64,000 nt of DNA from Eledone cirrhosa (GCA_964016885.1 OZ024745.1:33480001-33544000); one strand, 5' to 3'; positions 35,465-50,005 are shown, counted from the first letter of the stretch. Notes: a model not told the origin generated them from the letters alone. Numbers and translations are program-made.

Positions 35465-35949
35465 CTTTAACAGAAAGAAATTCATAATATATAATCATCA
35501 TCATAAGTTCATTTTCTATGCTGGCATGGGTTAGACATGTTGTTATGGACCATGACTAGATGAGTTAGTGTACATGTTCCATCTTTAGCATGATATTTAC
35601 AGCTGGATGCACTTTCCAATACCAACTATTTTACAAAGTGTACTGGGTGCATTTTATTGTGGCACCAGAGTATATTGGCTGCAGTTTATTGTGGCACCAA
35701 CACAACCACTTTACAAACTGTGCAGAGAGTATATTATTATGACACCAGCACTTCTACTTTACAGGGTGCATTTTACTGTGGGACCAGTACTACTATTGTA
35801 CTTTACAAAATGTACTGGGTGGATTTTATCATGGCATGAGCACTATGACTTTACACAGTGTACTGGGTGCATTTTTATTGTGGCACCAGCATTATCATGT
35901 TACACAGTATACTGGGTACATTTTATTGTGACACCACCAACAGAATATA

Positions 35950-38900
35950 TATATCAGCTAAATAGGGAGAACATCATGGTGGTCCATAGGTGACCTAGAC
36001 ATAGCAGCTAAATAGGGGAACCTCATGGTGGCCTATCATAATAATGAAATTATTATGTACAGTGCTCAGGTGCACTACAACTCATCAAAGGTGCATGTAT
36101 AGTACATAGAATAATGTACAAATGTCAGGAAAATGAACAGTGTACGAGTCATGAAATACATGTGTGCGTGTGTATGGAGGGGGGACATCAGGTGTAGTGT
36201 TGGCGAATCTCAGGAAGCATGGAGGTTTTAAAGGATGCAGTGTCTCGACAGCTAATAACTGATGCAGGTAGTTTATTCCATGCTTCAGCAACTCTGAGCG
36301 TGAAAAAATGCTTCCGAAAGTCATGGGAGCTGTACTCTTTTCTGACTTTGTAGGATGCCCACATGTGTTAGACATGGAAATCAAAAAGGTGCTCAGGGTT
36401 GTTGTTGGCAAGATGGTTAATAATTTTGTGGGTGTTTCCCAAGTCAGTTGCCAGATTTCGAAGCTTCAATGTATCCATGCCCAGGGAAGCAAGGCATTCA
36501 GACTATGGTAGATGCCTGATGGAGGGTATTCGCTTGGCTGCACGTCTCTGAACAGTTTCCAGGCAGTCAATGTTCTCAGCAATATAGGGGTTCCAGACTG
36601 GTGATGAAAATTCTAAGTGTGGCCACACCATAGCTATATACAGCGACTGACAAAGGTCTTGCTGAGTCATGCTAAGACACCCTCAGCCTTCTGTACAATT
36701 TTAGAGACGTGCTTCGTCCAATGCAAATTGCTGCTGACAGTAATGCCCAGGTCACGTTCACAAGAAGACTTCTTGATATTAGTGTTGTGGAGGGAGTATG
36801 TGGACACTGGGTTTTTACTCCCAAAATGCATGGTGGTACACTTGTCCACAGCCAACTTGAGTTGCCAGTCCGTGATCCATTGTTGCATTGTGTCCAGGTC
36901 AGATTGCAGGAAAGATCTATAGTGTTTAGGATCTTTCCTTTTTATCTCAAGGTACAGCTTGATGTCATCTGTATATTTCAGTACTGTGGCATTCTTTAAG
37001 TTGGCATCTATGTCATTAATATATGCCACAAACAAAAGGGGGCCATGAACAGATCCCTGTGGTACACCAAATGACATCTCATATGGTGAGGAATGCTGTC
37101 CTAGAACCGTGACTACCTCTCTTTGACTGAGAATGAAGGACTTCAACCAGTTAAAAAGATCATCCTTCACACCCATTGCAGAGAGTTTTGCCATAAGTCT
37201 TTTGTGTGGCACAGAATTGAAAGCTTTAGCAAAGACAAGGTAAACAACATCCACCCATGCGCCGCCATCAGTGATCCGGGTGAAGTCTTCAAGAAACTCA
37301 ATAAGTTGATCACAGCAGCTGGAGTTGGGGATAAATCCAAATTGCGAGGGCCGGATAAGACTGTGAGAGTTCCAGAAGTTCCAAAGTGTTTCTCTGACAC
37401 AGAATTCCATCAGTTTGGCAATACAGCTAGTAAGACTGACTGGATGATAGTTGACAGGTGATGTGCGGTCACCCTTTTTGAACAGAGGAATGACACTGGC
37501 AGTTTTCTACTGCTCCGGAGTAGCACTGTTGTTCAGACAGAATTGAAAGAAGAGTGATAGCTGGTGCAGAAGGAAGTACCCACCATCAAGACCAGGAGAG
37601 GCATGGTTGCGTTTATTTTTTAGGTGACGTCGAAAAAAAAAGCAGGTGTAAATTCCATAGTTGTAATAGAATCCGGTGTCATAGGTGGTGGAGATGGTAC
37701 ACTCTGGTCTTCAACAGTGAAAATGCCTGCATAGCATTCAGCAATTAGTTCTGCGCATTCCTTGGGGTCGTCAGTAACTGGCTTGTGTGGGCATTGCAAA
37801 GAGGACCAACTGGGGAGTGAGGCCTCTGCTTTGAGTGAACATACTTCCAGAACACCTTACTGTCAGGGCTATGCGCTGTTCAAATTCAAGCACTGTCTTT
37901 TTTGTCACCTGCTTGAGATGGTTGGATAATTTATTTCGCTTTTTCCTATTAATATCTGATTTATGCAGTTTGTACTCACGTTCAGCGTTACAACGTTCTT
38001 TTCTGGCAAGACAGTCTGCTTGTGTACTAGAAAAAGCAGCTACATCAGTTAAACAGAGGAAACCTCATTGTGGTCCATAGGTGTGCTAGAAATTGCAGCT
38101 AAACAGAGGGGAACCAAATGGTGGTACATAGGTGTGCTAGAAATAGTATCTAAATGTGGAGAACCACATATGGTCCATGGGTGTGCTAGAAATAGCAGCT
38201 ACATCAGCTGAACTGGGGGAACATCATTGTGGTCCATGGGTGTGCAAGAAATAGCAGCTACATCAGCTAAACAGGGGAAACCTCGTTGTGGTCCATTGGT
38301 GTGCTAGAAATAGCAGCTAAAAAGAAGGAACCTCATGGTGGTCCATAGCTGTGCTAGAAATATCAGCTAAATAAGACGAAATTCAAGGTGGTCCATAGGG
38401 TGCTAGAAATAGCAGCTAAAAAGAAGGAACCTCATGGTGGTCCATAGCTGTGCTAAAAATAGCAGCAATATAGCTGGAACTCATGGTGGTCCATAGGTCT
38501 GAACGAAATAGCAGCCAAATAGGGGGAAGTCATGTTGGTCCATAGCTGTGCTAGAAATAGAAGCTAAATAGAGGGAAGCTCATGGTGGTCCATTGGTGTG
38601 GTAGAAATAGGGGGAACCCATATGTGTTAGAAATAGCAGCTAAATTGAATGAACCTAATGGTAGACTATAGGTGTGCTAGAAATAGCAGCTAAATAGGGG
38701 GAACCTCATGGTGGTCCATAGGTGTGCTAGAATTAGCAGCTAAATAAGGGAAACCATATGGTGGTACATAGATGTGCTAGAAATAGCAGCTACATAGGAG
38801 GGAACCACATGGTAGTCCATAGGTGTGTTAGAAATAGCAGCTAAATAGGGGGAATCTAATGGTGGTCCATAGGTGTGTTTGAAATAGCAGCTAAATTTGG

Positions 38901-39460
38901 GCAACTCATTGTGGTCCATTGGTGTTCTAGAAATAGCAGCTAAATTTGGGAAATCACATGGTGGTACATAGGTGTGTTAGAAATAGGAGCTATATCAGCT
39001 AAACAGTGGGAACCTCATTGTGGTCCATAGGTGTGCTAGAAATAGCAGCTAAATAGGGGGAAAAAACCTTGTTGTGTTCCACATGTGAGCTAGAAATAGC
39101 AGCTATATCACCTAAACTGGGGAAGCCTCATGGTAGTCCATAGAATTGCTAGAAATAGCAGCCAAATAAGGGTTACCTCATGGTGATGTATAGGTGTGCT
39201 AGAAATAGCAGGCACATCAGCTTATTAGGGGGAACCTCATAGTGGTCCATAATTGTGCTAGAAATAGCAGATAAATAGGGGGACCTCATAATGGTCCATA
39301 ATTGTGCTAGAAATAGCAGATAAACAGGGGGAAACTACATGGTGGTCCATAGGTGTGCTAGAAATAGCAGCTAAATAGGGGGAACTTCATAATGGTCCAT
39401 AGCTGTGCTAGAATTAGCTAAATTGGGGGAACCACATAGTGGTCCACAGGCGTGCTAGAA
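35950..39460. repeat. About 50-bp diverged minisatellite (~30 units), split by a LINE insertion
   Basis: GGTCCATAGGTGTGCTAGAAATAGCAGCTAAATAGGGGGAACCTCATGGT; about 2 units at 35950-36035 and about 28 at 38020-39460; longer variants carry an extra ACATCAGCT. Confidence 0.93.
36038..38010 (-). mobile_element. Degenerate 5'-truncated CR1/L2-type LINE
   Basis: Collinear with 24731-26780. RT fragment in ORF 36667-37410 (QFGF, FAKAFNSVPH, GVPQGS, YTDD); several deletions and frameshifts. Confidence 0.95.
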
Positions 39461-40270
39461 AAAGAGGGGTTTGGCGCAGCCAACTGGCCTGTCCCTTCTC
39501 GTGGTGTCACGTGGCATCCAATACCTGAACTGATGGTTTGCTGTGTGAAGTGTTTGGCGTGGCCAACTGATCTGTGCCTCCTCATATTGGTACCATCCAG
39601 TCCCAGGCTGCCAGAGTTCAGTTTCATATTGAGAAGTGTCTGTTGCATGGTGAGTGCCCGGCTTTGAAACTGAGGTGTTGCTGTGAGAAGGGTTTGGCGT
39701 GGCCAACTGGCCTGTCCCTTCTCAAAGTGTTATCACTTGCATAGTGGTTCCATTCAACGCCAAGCTCAAAAACTGTGTTTCTACACCTGTCCCTCCTCAT
39801 AACAATGTCATGCAGTACTGGGCCCCCAAACTGTAGTAACGTTGTGTGATGGGTGTCGCACAGCTGACTGGCCACCCCTCCTCATAGCCATGCCACCCAG
39901 TTCCAGGCCCCAAAACTGTGGCTGTGCTGTGAGATGGGTTAGGCTCCTCATATTGGTGCCATCAAGTACTGGGCTCCAAAACTACGGTTCCCCTGTGTGA
40001 TGGGTAGGGCTCTGAAAACATGGTTCCATTGTGAGACAGGTTTGGTGCAGTCAACTGGCCTGTCCCTCCTCATAACAAAGCCATCTAGTTCCACACTGTA
40101 CATGTGGTTGGTGTTAGGAAGGGCATCCAGCTGTAAAATACCTAGCCAAATTTACAGTCCTCACCGGAGCAAGGTGCAACACATGGCCAACCTTCCCAGA
40201 CTTGCCTCCCGGCTTGGACAACCTGTCTAACCCATGCAAGTGTGGAAAAATTGACGTTAAACAGACATGA

Positions 40271-40324
<54 letters not shown>

Positions 40325-41183
40325 TTTAAGTTGGTCTGATTACCAATGGGTAGAACTAGTGGCTCTGGTTGACAAACCATGATGTAACAAATCAATCAAA
40401 GCACTCAACATTATGCAAGTTATCCATCGTAGATGTGATATCCATTGGTTGGTGCAGGAACGGAGTAAAGTATTTATTAAACAACAGAAGGCTGGACTGG
40501 AAAATTTGCTTTAGAATTTTAATTCTGTGAAATCACTATAGCTATTTCAATGGCCCAGCTCCATCATCCAATTATGATGCAAGACCAGACAATCTCATCA
40601 GGTGACATCCACAGAATTACTTAACAGGGCTACATTGAAACCAAACATATAACAGAAGACTGTTCAAGGCAAGAGATTGAATCGAAGAGGCAACAATGAC
40701 AGTAGAAGAACCATGTATGATGGGAGAATAAGTGTGATTGGGGAGAAATGGTGGGAAAGAAGAGAGTGGTAAAAGATATGTAGCTGTATAACAACAACAA
40801 AAATAAGCATTCTAAGGCCATCGTCACTGCTAAAGCACGAATTAGTCTTGCAGGGCCACATGACAAGCTTTCTCATTTTTCTCTATCAGCTACTTTCAGC
40901 ACTCCTTACCATTTCCTTCTCCATCATCTTTTGCCATGTCTTTTGTGGTCTTCCCCTTCATCTGCTTACATTCATCTAGTTACATTCACCCTTCCCCAAC
41001 TCACTGACCCAAATTTCTGTTCACATTCATTACTGGCTCTATCCCCTCATCCACTGCAATTCATTATTTGTCTTCCTCTCACAGAGTGATATTCTGCTCA
41101 TCCACCAAAACTTTCCTATGTAAATACCAAAATTTACAAACCTATCCAGGAAATATACATATAAAATTAAACATAAGACTTAC

Positions 41184-41306
41184 CTGACATGCAATAAGTT
41201 CTGGTGCTGTCTTACCAATGACGGAAGGAATGTGTTCTGCTTTTAATAACAATGGAAGAGATGAGCAAGGATCACAAGTTTGGGAGAAACTAATTTGTTC
41301 TTTCAC
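41184..41306 (-). CDS. CCDC171: CCDC171-like exon, 123 nt, phase 0/0
   Basis: VKEQISFSQTCDPCSSLPLLLKAEHIPSVIGKTAPELIACQ; TTCTGCAG acceptor, CAG|GTAAGT donor. Resembles human 'VRDQISLS...GPEVVACQ'. Confidence 0.82.
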
Positions 41307-42439
41307 CTGCAGAAATGAAGAAATGAATATGATAAACAATGAGATATTACTACAGCAAAGGTAAGGTGTATTTTAGAATTTTATTTTTTTTTGTATTTTT
41401 ACTGTTTTTTTTTAAATTTACATTGGCTATGTGTATCTAGTTTAGAAAAGGTACACTGTTTGCCTGTGTCGTTAGAAGCAAATAAAAGGCCAGGTGTCAA
41501 GAAAGGAAGGGCACTGTCTCAAAAATTCCTGTCCAACCCATGCCAACATACAAACATTGATGTAAAAATGATAATGATGACTATTTCGTCAATGAGAGAA
41601 TGGCAGTGTTCACAACATTTTTCAGAGCTTCTGAGATGGATAGGAATGACGGTATCTTTAAACTGGAGACATGATTTGAATATTTGCAGCTGAATAGACT
41701 CAATTAAAAGCATCCATGTCTCAGATGGCTGTGTTAAACTGGATGATGAGTTTAAGTTGACCCCACATCCCCACCTAAGTAGGCTATAGTTGAATTTGAA
41801 CAAAGAATGCAAACAGCCAGAACAAATACAGCAATGTATCTCAATGAGTTTAACATTGCCACCTGTGTATCTGGTTTGAAATAGGTACACTGTATTCTTG
41901 CATGTCATATGAGACAACTAAAATAGTTGGTGCCAGGAAGATCAACCAGTTGCAAAACATTGCCTCAAAAAGATGCCATGTCATAAAGCCCACAAAACTA
42001 ACTATTGCTTTAGCAAAAAAAAAATTGCCTAATGGACTTAAAATACTTGTGTTGTATCTTGCCCAATGCTCTAACAATTCCACCAATCCACCAGCCCTGA
42101 CCAGAACTTTATTCTATTAACCCTGAAAGGCAAAGTTGATGACTATAGTGGAATTTGAACTCAAAGTGCCAAGAGTCAGAACAAAAAACATAAAGCTGTC
42201 CCATACTCTAACAACCCTGCTAATTTTCAGCCCAATGCTATACATTCACTGAGACCACATTACTAATGTTAATGCTCATCATAAAACCTTGTCTTATATT
42301 TAATTATTCATCTTATTGACTTTAATGCTGTGTACATACAGTTTAGAATAGGTACACCACTTCTCTGATTGTTAAGGTAAAAGGTAAGTAAAAGGGTTGT
42401 GCCAGGATGGGTACCTGGCCATAGAATACTGCCTCCAGA

Positions 42440-43040
42440 TACCAGAGCCTCTAAACATCAAAGACATCAGGGCAATTAGACACTGGAGCCTCTAGTCATG
42501 AGAGCTACTAAATATCTGAGACACTAATCATCAGAGCCACTAGTCATCAGAGATACTAATCATCAGAGCGACTAGTCATCAGAGCCTCAAGTCATCAGCA
42601 ACTCTAGTCATCAGAGCCACTAGTCATCAGAACCACTAGTCATCAGAACCACTAGTCATCAGAACCACTAGTCATCAGAGCGACTAGTCATCAGAGCCTC
42701 AAGTCATCAGCAACTCTAGTCATCAGAGCCACTAGACACCAGAAGCACTAGATGTCAGAGCCTCTAGTCGTCAGAGCCTCAAATCATCAGAAATACAAGT
42801 CATCAGAGCTCCTAGTCATCAAAGCTTCTTGACAGAGCCTCTAGCCATCAGAGCCACTAGACGTCAGAGCGATTAGACGTAAGAGCCTCTAGTTATCAGA
42901 GACTCTAGTCATCAGAGCCTCTAGTCATCAGAGCCTCTAGTCATCAGAACCTCAAATCATCAGACCTTCAAGTCATCAGAGCCACAAGTCATGAGAGCTT
43001 CTAGTCATCATAGCCACTAGTAATCAGGGCCTCAAGACAT
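42440..43040. repeat. Diverged 16-bp tandem repeat
   Basis: TAGTCATCAGAGCC(A/T)C units with many substitutions. Confidence 0.9.
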
Positions 43041-46000
43041 CAGAGTTTATAGTCATTAAAGCCTTTAGACGTCACAAACTGTAAACATTAGAACCTTTAG
43101 TCATCAGAGCCTCTAGACGTCACAGACTGTAAACGTCAGAACCTTTAGTCATCAGAGCCTCTAGACGTCACATACTGTAAACATTAGAACCTTTAGTCAT
43201 CAGAGCCTCTAGACGTCACAGACTGTAAACATTAGAACCTTTAGTCATCGGAGCCTCTAGAGGTCACAGACTGTAAACATTAGAACCTTTAGTCATCAGA
43301 GCCTCTAGACGTCACAGACTGTAAACATTAGAACCTTTAGTCATCAGAGCCTCTAGACGTCACAGACTGTAAACATTAGAACCTTTAGTCATCAGAGCCT
43401 CTAGACGTCACAGACTGTAAACATTAGAACCTTTAGTCATCAGAGCCTCTAGACGTCACAGACTGTAAACATTAGAACCTTTAGTCATCAGAGCCTCTAG
43501 ACGTCACATACTGTAAACATTAGAACCTTTAGTCATCAGAGCCTCTACACGTCACATACTGTAAACATTAGAACCTTTAGTCATCAGAGCCTCTAGACGT
43601 CACAGACTGTAAACATTAGAACCTTTAGTCATCAGAGCCTCTAGACGTCACATACTGTAAACATTAGAACCTTTAGTCATCAGAGCCTCTAGACGTCACA
43701 GACTGTAAACATTAGAACCTTTAGTCATCAGAGCCTCTAGACGTCACAGACTGTAAACATTAGAACCTTTAGTCATCAGAGCCTCTAGACGTCACAGACT
43801 GTAAACATTAGAACCTTTAGTCATCAGAGCCTCTAGAGGTCACAGACTGTAAACATTAGAACCTTTAGTCATCAGAGCCTCTAGACGTCACATACTGTAA
43901 ACATTAGAACCTTTAGTCATCAGAGCCTCTAGACGCCACAGACTGTAAACATTAGAACCTTTAGTCATCGGAGCCTCTAGAGGTCACAGACTGTAAACAT
44001 TAGAACCTTTAGTCATCAGAGCCTCTAGAGGTCACAGACTGTAAACATTAGAACCTTTAGTCATCAGAGCCTCTAGACGTCACAGACTGTAAACGTCAGA
44101 ACCTTTAGTCATCAGAGCCTCTAGATGTCACAGACTGTAAACATTAGAACCTTTAGTCATCAGAGCCTCTAGACGTCACATACTGTAAACATTAGAACCT
44201 TTAGTCATCAGAGCCTCTACACGTCACAGACTGTAAACATTAGAACCTTTAGTCATCAGAGCCTCTAGACGTCACAGACTGTAAACATTAGAACCTTTAG
44301 TCATCAGAGCCGCTAGAGGTCACAAGCTGTAAACGTCAGAACCTTTAGTCATCAGAGCCTCTAGACGTCACAGACTGTAAACATTAGAACCTTTAGTCAT
44401 CAGAGCCTCTAGACGTCACAGACTGTAAACATTAGAACCTTTAGTCATCAGAGCCTCTAGAGGTCACAGACTGTAAACATTAGAACCTTTAGTCATCAGA
44501 GCCTCTAGAGGTCACAGACTGTAAACATTAGAACCTTTAGTCATCAGAGCCTCTAGACGTCACAGACTGTAAACGTCAGAACCTTTAGTCATCAGAGCCT
44601 CTAGATGTCACAGACTGTAAACATTAGAACCTTTAGTCATCAGAGCCTCTAGACGTCACATACTGTAAACATTAGAACCTTTAGTCATCAGAGCCTCTAC
44701 ACGTCACAGACTGTAAACATTAGAACCTTTAGTCATCAGAGCCTCTAGACGTCACAGACTGTAAACATTAGAACCTTTAGTCATCAGAGCCGCTAGAGGT
44801 CACAAGCTGTAAACGTCAGAACCTTTAGTCATCAGAGCCTCTAGACGTCACAGACTGTAAACATTAGAACCTTTAGTCATCAGAGCCTCTAGACGTCACA
44901 GACTGTAAACATTAGAACCTTTAGTCATCGGAGCCTCTAGAGGTCACAGACTGTAAACATTAGAACCTTTAGTCATCAGAGCCTCTAGAGGTCACAGACT
45001 GTAAACATTAGAACCTTTAGTCATCAGAGCCTCTAGACGTCACAGACTGTAAACGTCAGAACCTTTAGTCATCAGAGCCTCTAGATGTCACAGACTGTAA
45101 ACATTAGAACCTTTAGTCATCAGAGCCTCTAGACGTCACATACTGTAAACATTAGAACCTTTAGTCATCAGAGCCTCTACACGTCACAGACTGTAAACAT
45201 TAGAACCTTTAGTCATCAGAGCCTCTAGACGTCACAGACTGTAAACATTAGAACCTTTAGTCATCAGAGCCGCTAGAGGTCACAAGCTGTAAACGTCAGA
45301 ACCTTTAGTCATCAGAGCCTCTAGACGTCACAGACTGTAAACATTAGAACCTTTAGTCATCAGAGCCTCTAGACGTCACAGACTGTAAACATTAGAACCT
45401 TTAGTCATCAGAGCCTCTAGAGGTCACAGACTGTAAACATTAGAACCTTTAGTCATCGGAGCCTCTAGACGTCACAGACTGTAAACATTAGAACCTTTAG
45501 TCATCAGAGCCTCTAGACGTCACAGACTGTAAACGTCAGAACCTTTAGTCATCAGAGCCTCTAGATGTCACAGACTGTAAACATTAGAACCTTTAGTCAT
45601 CAGAGCCTCTAGAGGTCACAAACTGTAAACATTAGAACCTTTAGTCATCAGAGCCTCTAGACGTCACAGACTGTAAACATTAGAACCTTTAGTCATCAGA
45701 GCCTCTAGAGGTCACAGACTGTAAACATTAGAACCTTTAGTCATCAGAGCCTCTAGAGGTCACAGACTGTAAACATTAGAACCTTTAGTCATCAGAGCCG
45801 CTAGAGGTCACAAGCTGTAAACGTCAGAACCTTTAGTCATCAGAGCCTCTAGATGTCACAGACTGTAAACATTAGAACCTTTAGTCATCAGAGCCTCTAG
45901 ACGTCACATACTGTAAACATTAGAACCTTTAGTCATCAGAGCCTCTAGACGTCACAGACTGTAAACATTAGAACCTTTAGTCATCAGAGCCTCTAGACGT

Positions 46001-47090
46001 CACAGACTGTAAACATTAGAACCTTTAGTCATCAGAGCCGCTAGAGGTCACAAGCTGTAAACGTCAGAACCTTTAGTCATCAGAGCCTCTAGACGTCACA
46101 GACTGTAAACATTAGAACCTTTAGTCATCGGAGCCTCTAGACGTCACAGACTGTAAACATTAGAACCTTTAGTCATCAGAGCCTCTAGAGGTCACAGACT
46201 GTAAACATTAGAACCTTTAGTCATCAGAGCCTCTACACGTCACAGACTGTAAACATTAGAACCTTTAGTCATCAGAGCCTCTAGAGGTCACAGACTGTAA
46301 ACATTAGAACCTTTAGTCATCAGAGCCTCTAGACGTCACAGACTGTAAACATTAGAACCTTTAGTCATCGGAGCCTCTAGACGTCACAGACTGTAAACAT
46401 TAGAACCTTTAGTCATCAGAGCCTCTAGACGTCACAGACTGTAAACATTAGAACCTTTAGTCATCAGAGCCTCTAGACGTCACAGACTGTAAACATTAGA
46501 ACCTTTAGTCATCAGAGCCTCTAGACGTCACAGACTGTAAACATTAGAACCTTTAGTCATCAGAGCCTCTACACGTCACAGACTGTAAACATTAGAACCT
46601 TTAGTCATCAGAGCCTCTAGAGGTCACAGACTGTAAACATTAGAACCTTTAGTCATCAGAGCCTCTAGAGGTCACAGACTGTGAACATTAGAACCTTTAG
46701 TCATCGGAGCCTCTAGACGTCACAGACTGTAAACATTAGAACCTTTAGTCATCAGAGCCTCTAGACGTCACAGACTGTAAGCATTAGAACCTTTAGTCAT
46801 CAGAGCCTCTAGACGTCACATACTGTAAACATTAGAACGTTTAGTCATCAGAGCCTCTAGAGGTCACAGACTGTAAACATTAGAACGTTTAGTCATCAGA
46901 GCCTCTAGAGGTCACAGACTGTAAACGTCAGAACCTTTAGTCATCAGAGCCTCTAGAGGTCACAGACTGTAAACGTCAGAACCTTTAGTCATCAGAGCCT
47001 CTAGAGGACACAGACTGTAAACGTCAGAACCTTTAGTCATCAGAGCCTCTAGACGTCAGAGTTATCAGACATTAGAGCCACTACACATTA
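43041..47090. repeat. Homogeneous 48-bp minisatellite (~83 units) made of three diverged 16-mers
   Basis: TAGTCATCAGAGCCTC + TAGACGTCACAGACTG + TAAACATTAGAACCTT. Confidence 0.98.
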
Positions 47091-48227
47091 TAGACAATAA
47101 CAATGATAAAAAAAAGTGGTTAGCTTTTCTATTATTGCAATATTTATTCTAAAATGTTTTATAATTTCAAAGTATTCAGCGACAATGATTAGCAATTAAA
47201 ATCTGTTATGTAATTGATGATATGTCACTGTCACCATACTCATTCAACAGTAATCTACTAATACACTCTGGTTGAAGTACTGCTGCTTTATTACAACAGA
47301 CTTTTATCAGTTTAATTAATTGGATAAGTGATAAAGAAATAAACTTGACAGGATTGAGGGATTTTAGTGATGGTGGTGATGGCAGTGATAGTGTTAGTGG
47401 TGAGGTGGTGATGGTGGTAGTGATGATAATAGCAGTGGTGTTGGTGATAGCAGTGATAATGTTAGTGGTGAGGTGGTGATAGTGTTAGTGATGATGAGTT
47501 GCGGGGTGGTGATGTTGGTGGTAATTGTTTTAATTGCTGGTAGTAGTAGTACTGGGGTAAGAACTTGTGACTCTTAGTAACTGTTTTTGTGATAAGTCTT
47601 GTGTAACTAGAGCAGAAAAAGAAAACCAATAATAAAACTATAACCACCACCAACACCACCACACCGTCCTCCTCCCACCAATAGCAGAGTTCAGAGAACT
47701 GGAACAAACATCACAAGACATTCTATCTAATGCTCTAACAATTAACCACCTTAGTTTTGCCACAGTCTTTATGGCTACCAAAATTCTACCATTCCCCTGT
47801 CATACTTTACCAAGTGATGTAAAGCCAAATAACTGTCAACAACTCATTAACTCTTAATGTCCTGAACTGGATGACAACATTAGCATGACATTCTTGAAAA
47901 GTACAAAGCTCCATTATATTAAAAAAATCAAATCTTTACTATAGTTTACTGCAAATTTTCACAACAATCTGTCCATAAATAAAGATATTATAAACATTTG
48001 AATTAACAAACCTGCTTTTAGATATTTTCTGCAAAATCATTAAAATTATTCACTAAAGAACTGATTCAACCCTTGCTAGCTAGGAAAACGGATGTTTGAT
48101 AATGAAGATGATGATATATATGTGTATGTGTGTGTGGAAGAAGTTCAAGGACCTGTTACCTTTACTAGCAACAAAAGGCTTTGATACCAAACCATCTGAA
48201 ACTGCCCTGGGTTCAATGATACAAAAC

Positions 48228-48440
48228 TACCATATATACTCAAATAGAAGCCAACTCCCCTATTTTATGTCTGAGAAATGGGCAAAAATCCCAACCCCAT
48301 TTATAAGTCAAGGCAGGCAACACATTATGTTTAGAAGATATGGTTTTGAAATTCTCATTAGTGGAGTATATAATATTTTAAGTGTCATTAAAGTATAGTT
48401 TCTGTTTCACAACCCCATTATGTAATGATTTTTTACCATT
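48228..48440 (+). mobile_element. pogo/Tc2-type MITE fragment
   Basis: TACCATATATACTCAAATAGAAGCC (decayed TACCGTATATACTCG..TATAAGCCG terminus) and ATGTCTGAGAAATGGGCAAAAATC; relatives at 21500-21670, 22440-22810, 56031-56384 and 60340-60585. Confidence 0.6.
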
Positions 48441-48951
48441 TCATCCAATTTATAGCTTTAACAAGTTTTTATAAACTTTTGTTTACTTCTGGCCACTCAC
48501 ATGCTGGGAGTACTTTGAAAGTAAGAGATCGAATAAGAGAACTTTGTATAGGGATTCATAGAGTAGAAGAGGGAGGGAGACACAGCAAATGAGAGAGGGG
48601 AGGCAGAGCAAGAAAAAGTGAGAGAGTAAGAGCAATAAAACACAAGTCAGAAGTAAAACTGAAAGAAAAAGTATTAATAAGTCAGAGAAAAACAGTCAGT
48701 ATGCACATGTGTATGCACATGTGTATGCACATGTGTATGCATATGTGTATACATACATGTGTATGGGTATTATGTATTAAACAGTTCAATTACAAAAATT
48801 TGTTGGAAATATTTTCAAGTGAGTGTATAAATGACACTAATGACACTATTAAATGTAGAAAAACAGTAAAATAAATACTCTAGAAATTTGAAGTTGATAA
48901 AAATTATCAAAATATTGATACCAAATATAAGCCATCTATAAGCTATTTTAC

Positions 48952-48994
48952 CATCAAGTTTTTGGTCAAATATTCCTCATATTCAAGTTTCTCT
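48952..48994 (-). CDS. CCDC171: CCDC171-like micro-exon, 43 nt, phase 2/0
   Basis: CAG|A GAG AAA CTT GAA TAT GAG GAA TAT TTG ACC AAA AAC TTG ATG|GTAAAA gives (Q)EKLEYEEYLTKNLM. It exactly bridges the phase-2 donor at 60590 and the phase-0 acceptor at 41306, in the position of human 'KDKECVANHM...'. Confidence 0.7.
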
Positions 48995-50005
48995 CTGTAT
49001 ATGATGAATGTATATGATGGTACCAGGAAGAGTATCTGGCTGTAAAATATTGCCTTACAAAGGACTCCATGATGAATATGAAACTTGTAATGCCCCCTCC
49101 CTCTACTGCCTGCAAGGATAACCCTTGCTTTAGCAGGCAAAATTATTGAAGACATTTGTTGTTGCTCTGTTTATGCAGGAGCACAAGGACTGAAGTTTTG
49201 TTAGAGGTGACACTATCATTGTGTTTGAACTTTCGACCATTAACACTAGCCAAGTTCAAATCACAATGTAGTAATGGCACCAACCCTATATTTGGTTTGG
49301 GATATCAATGTTATTTGGTGGATTTTCAAGTGTGATGGAATAAATTTAATCCTATTTAATTGTTGACTCTGTCTTATGTTGATGACATGTCATTAAACAC
49401 ACACACAGAGGCACAGATGCACACACACAGAGGCACAGATGCACACACATAGAGGCACAGATGCACACACATAGACACACATGCTCTGTTGGATGTATGG
49501 CTTGGGTTAAAGGTCATTAATGCAATGATAGCAAGTATTGTTATACAAGAAAACAGGCTTACATCACCACCAGTCTTATAATGACAATTACCATGCTAGC
49601 GTGGAAGATAGACGTTAAACAATGATGATGATGATGATGATGAAACACATACACATCCCCAGACACCTACAAACATATAGCTTCCATGCTATCATTCTCT
49701 CACATGATTCCTAATTATGTTTGAATAAACCTATTTTACATATGCTTTAAATAAAGCATAAATGTAGTAAATAAAAGGTTTATATTGACCTAAATTACGT
49801 AGACTTCTGTTCCACATTCTGTTAAACAAAGATATAGAAATATGTATTATATTAGCCCAACACAAAGCTGCTATGTAGTTTCCTCTCCTCATCTGCTCAG
49901 TGTAACAGCCATAACTCATTCAACAAATTGCTTTCCATCTTTCTATAGCTTAGGACAAACACATTGGGATGTTGTTTGTTCATGACTAGAGACACTAATT
50001 AAATG

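Noticed and set aside
42440-47090. CTGATGA on the minus strand of every unit as a hammerhead or C/D-box snoRNA array
   Set aside because: No downstream GAAA or stems II/III; the C box lacks the 5' purine and there are no terminal stems or variable guides.
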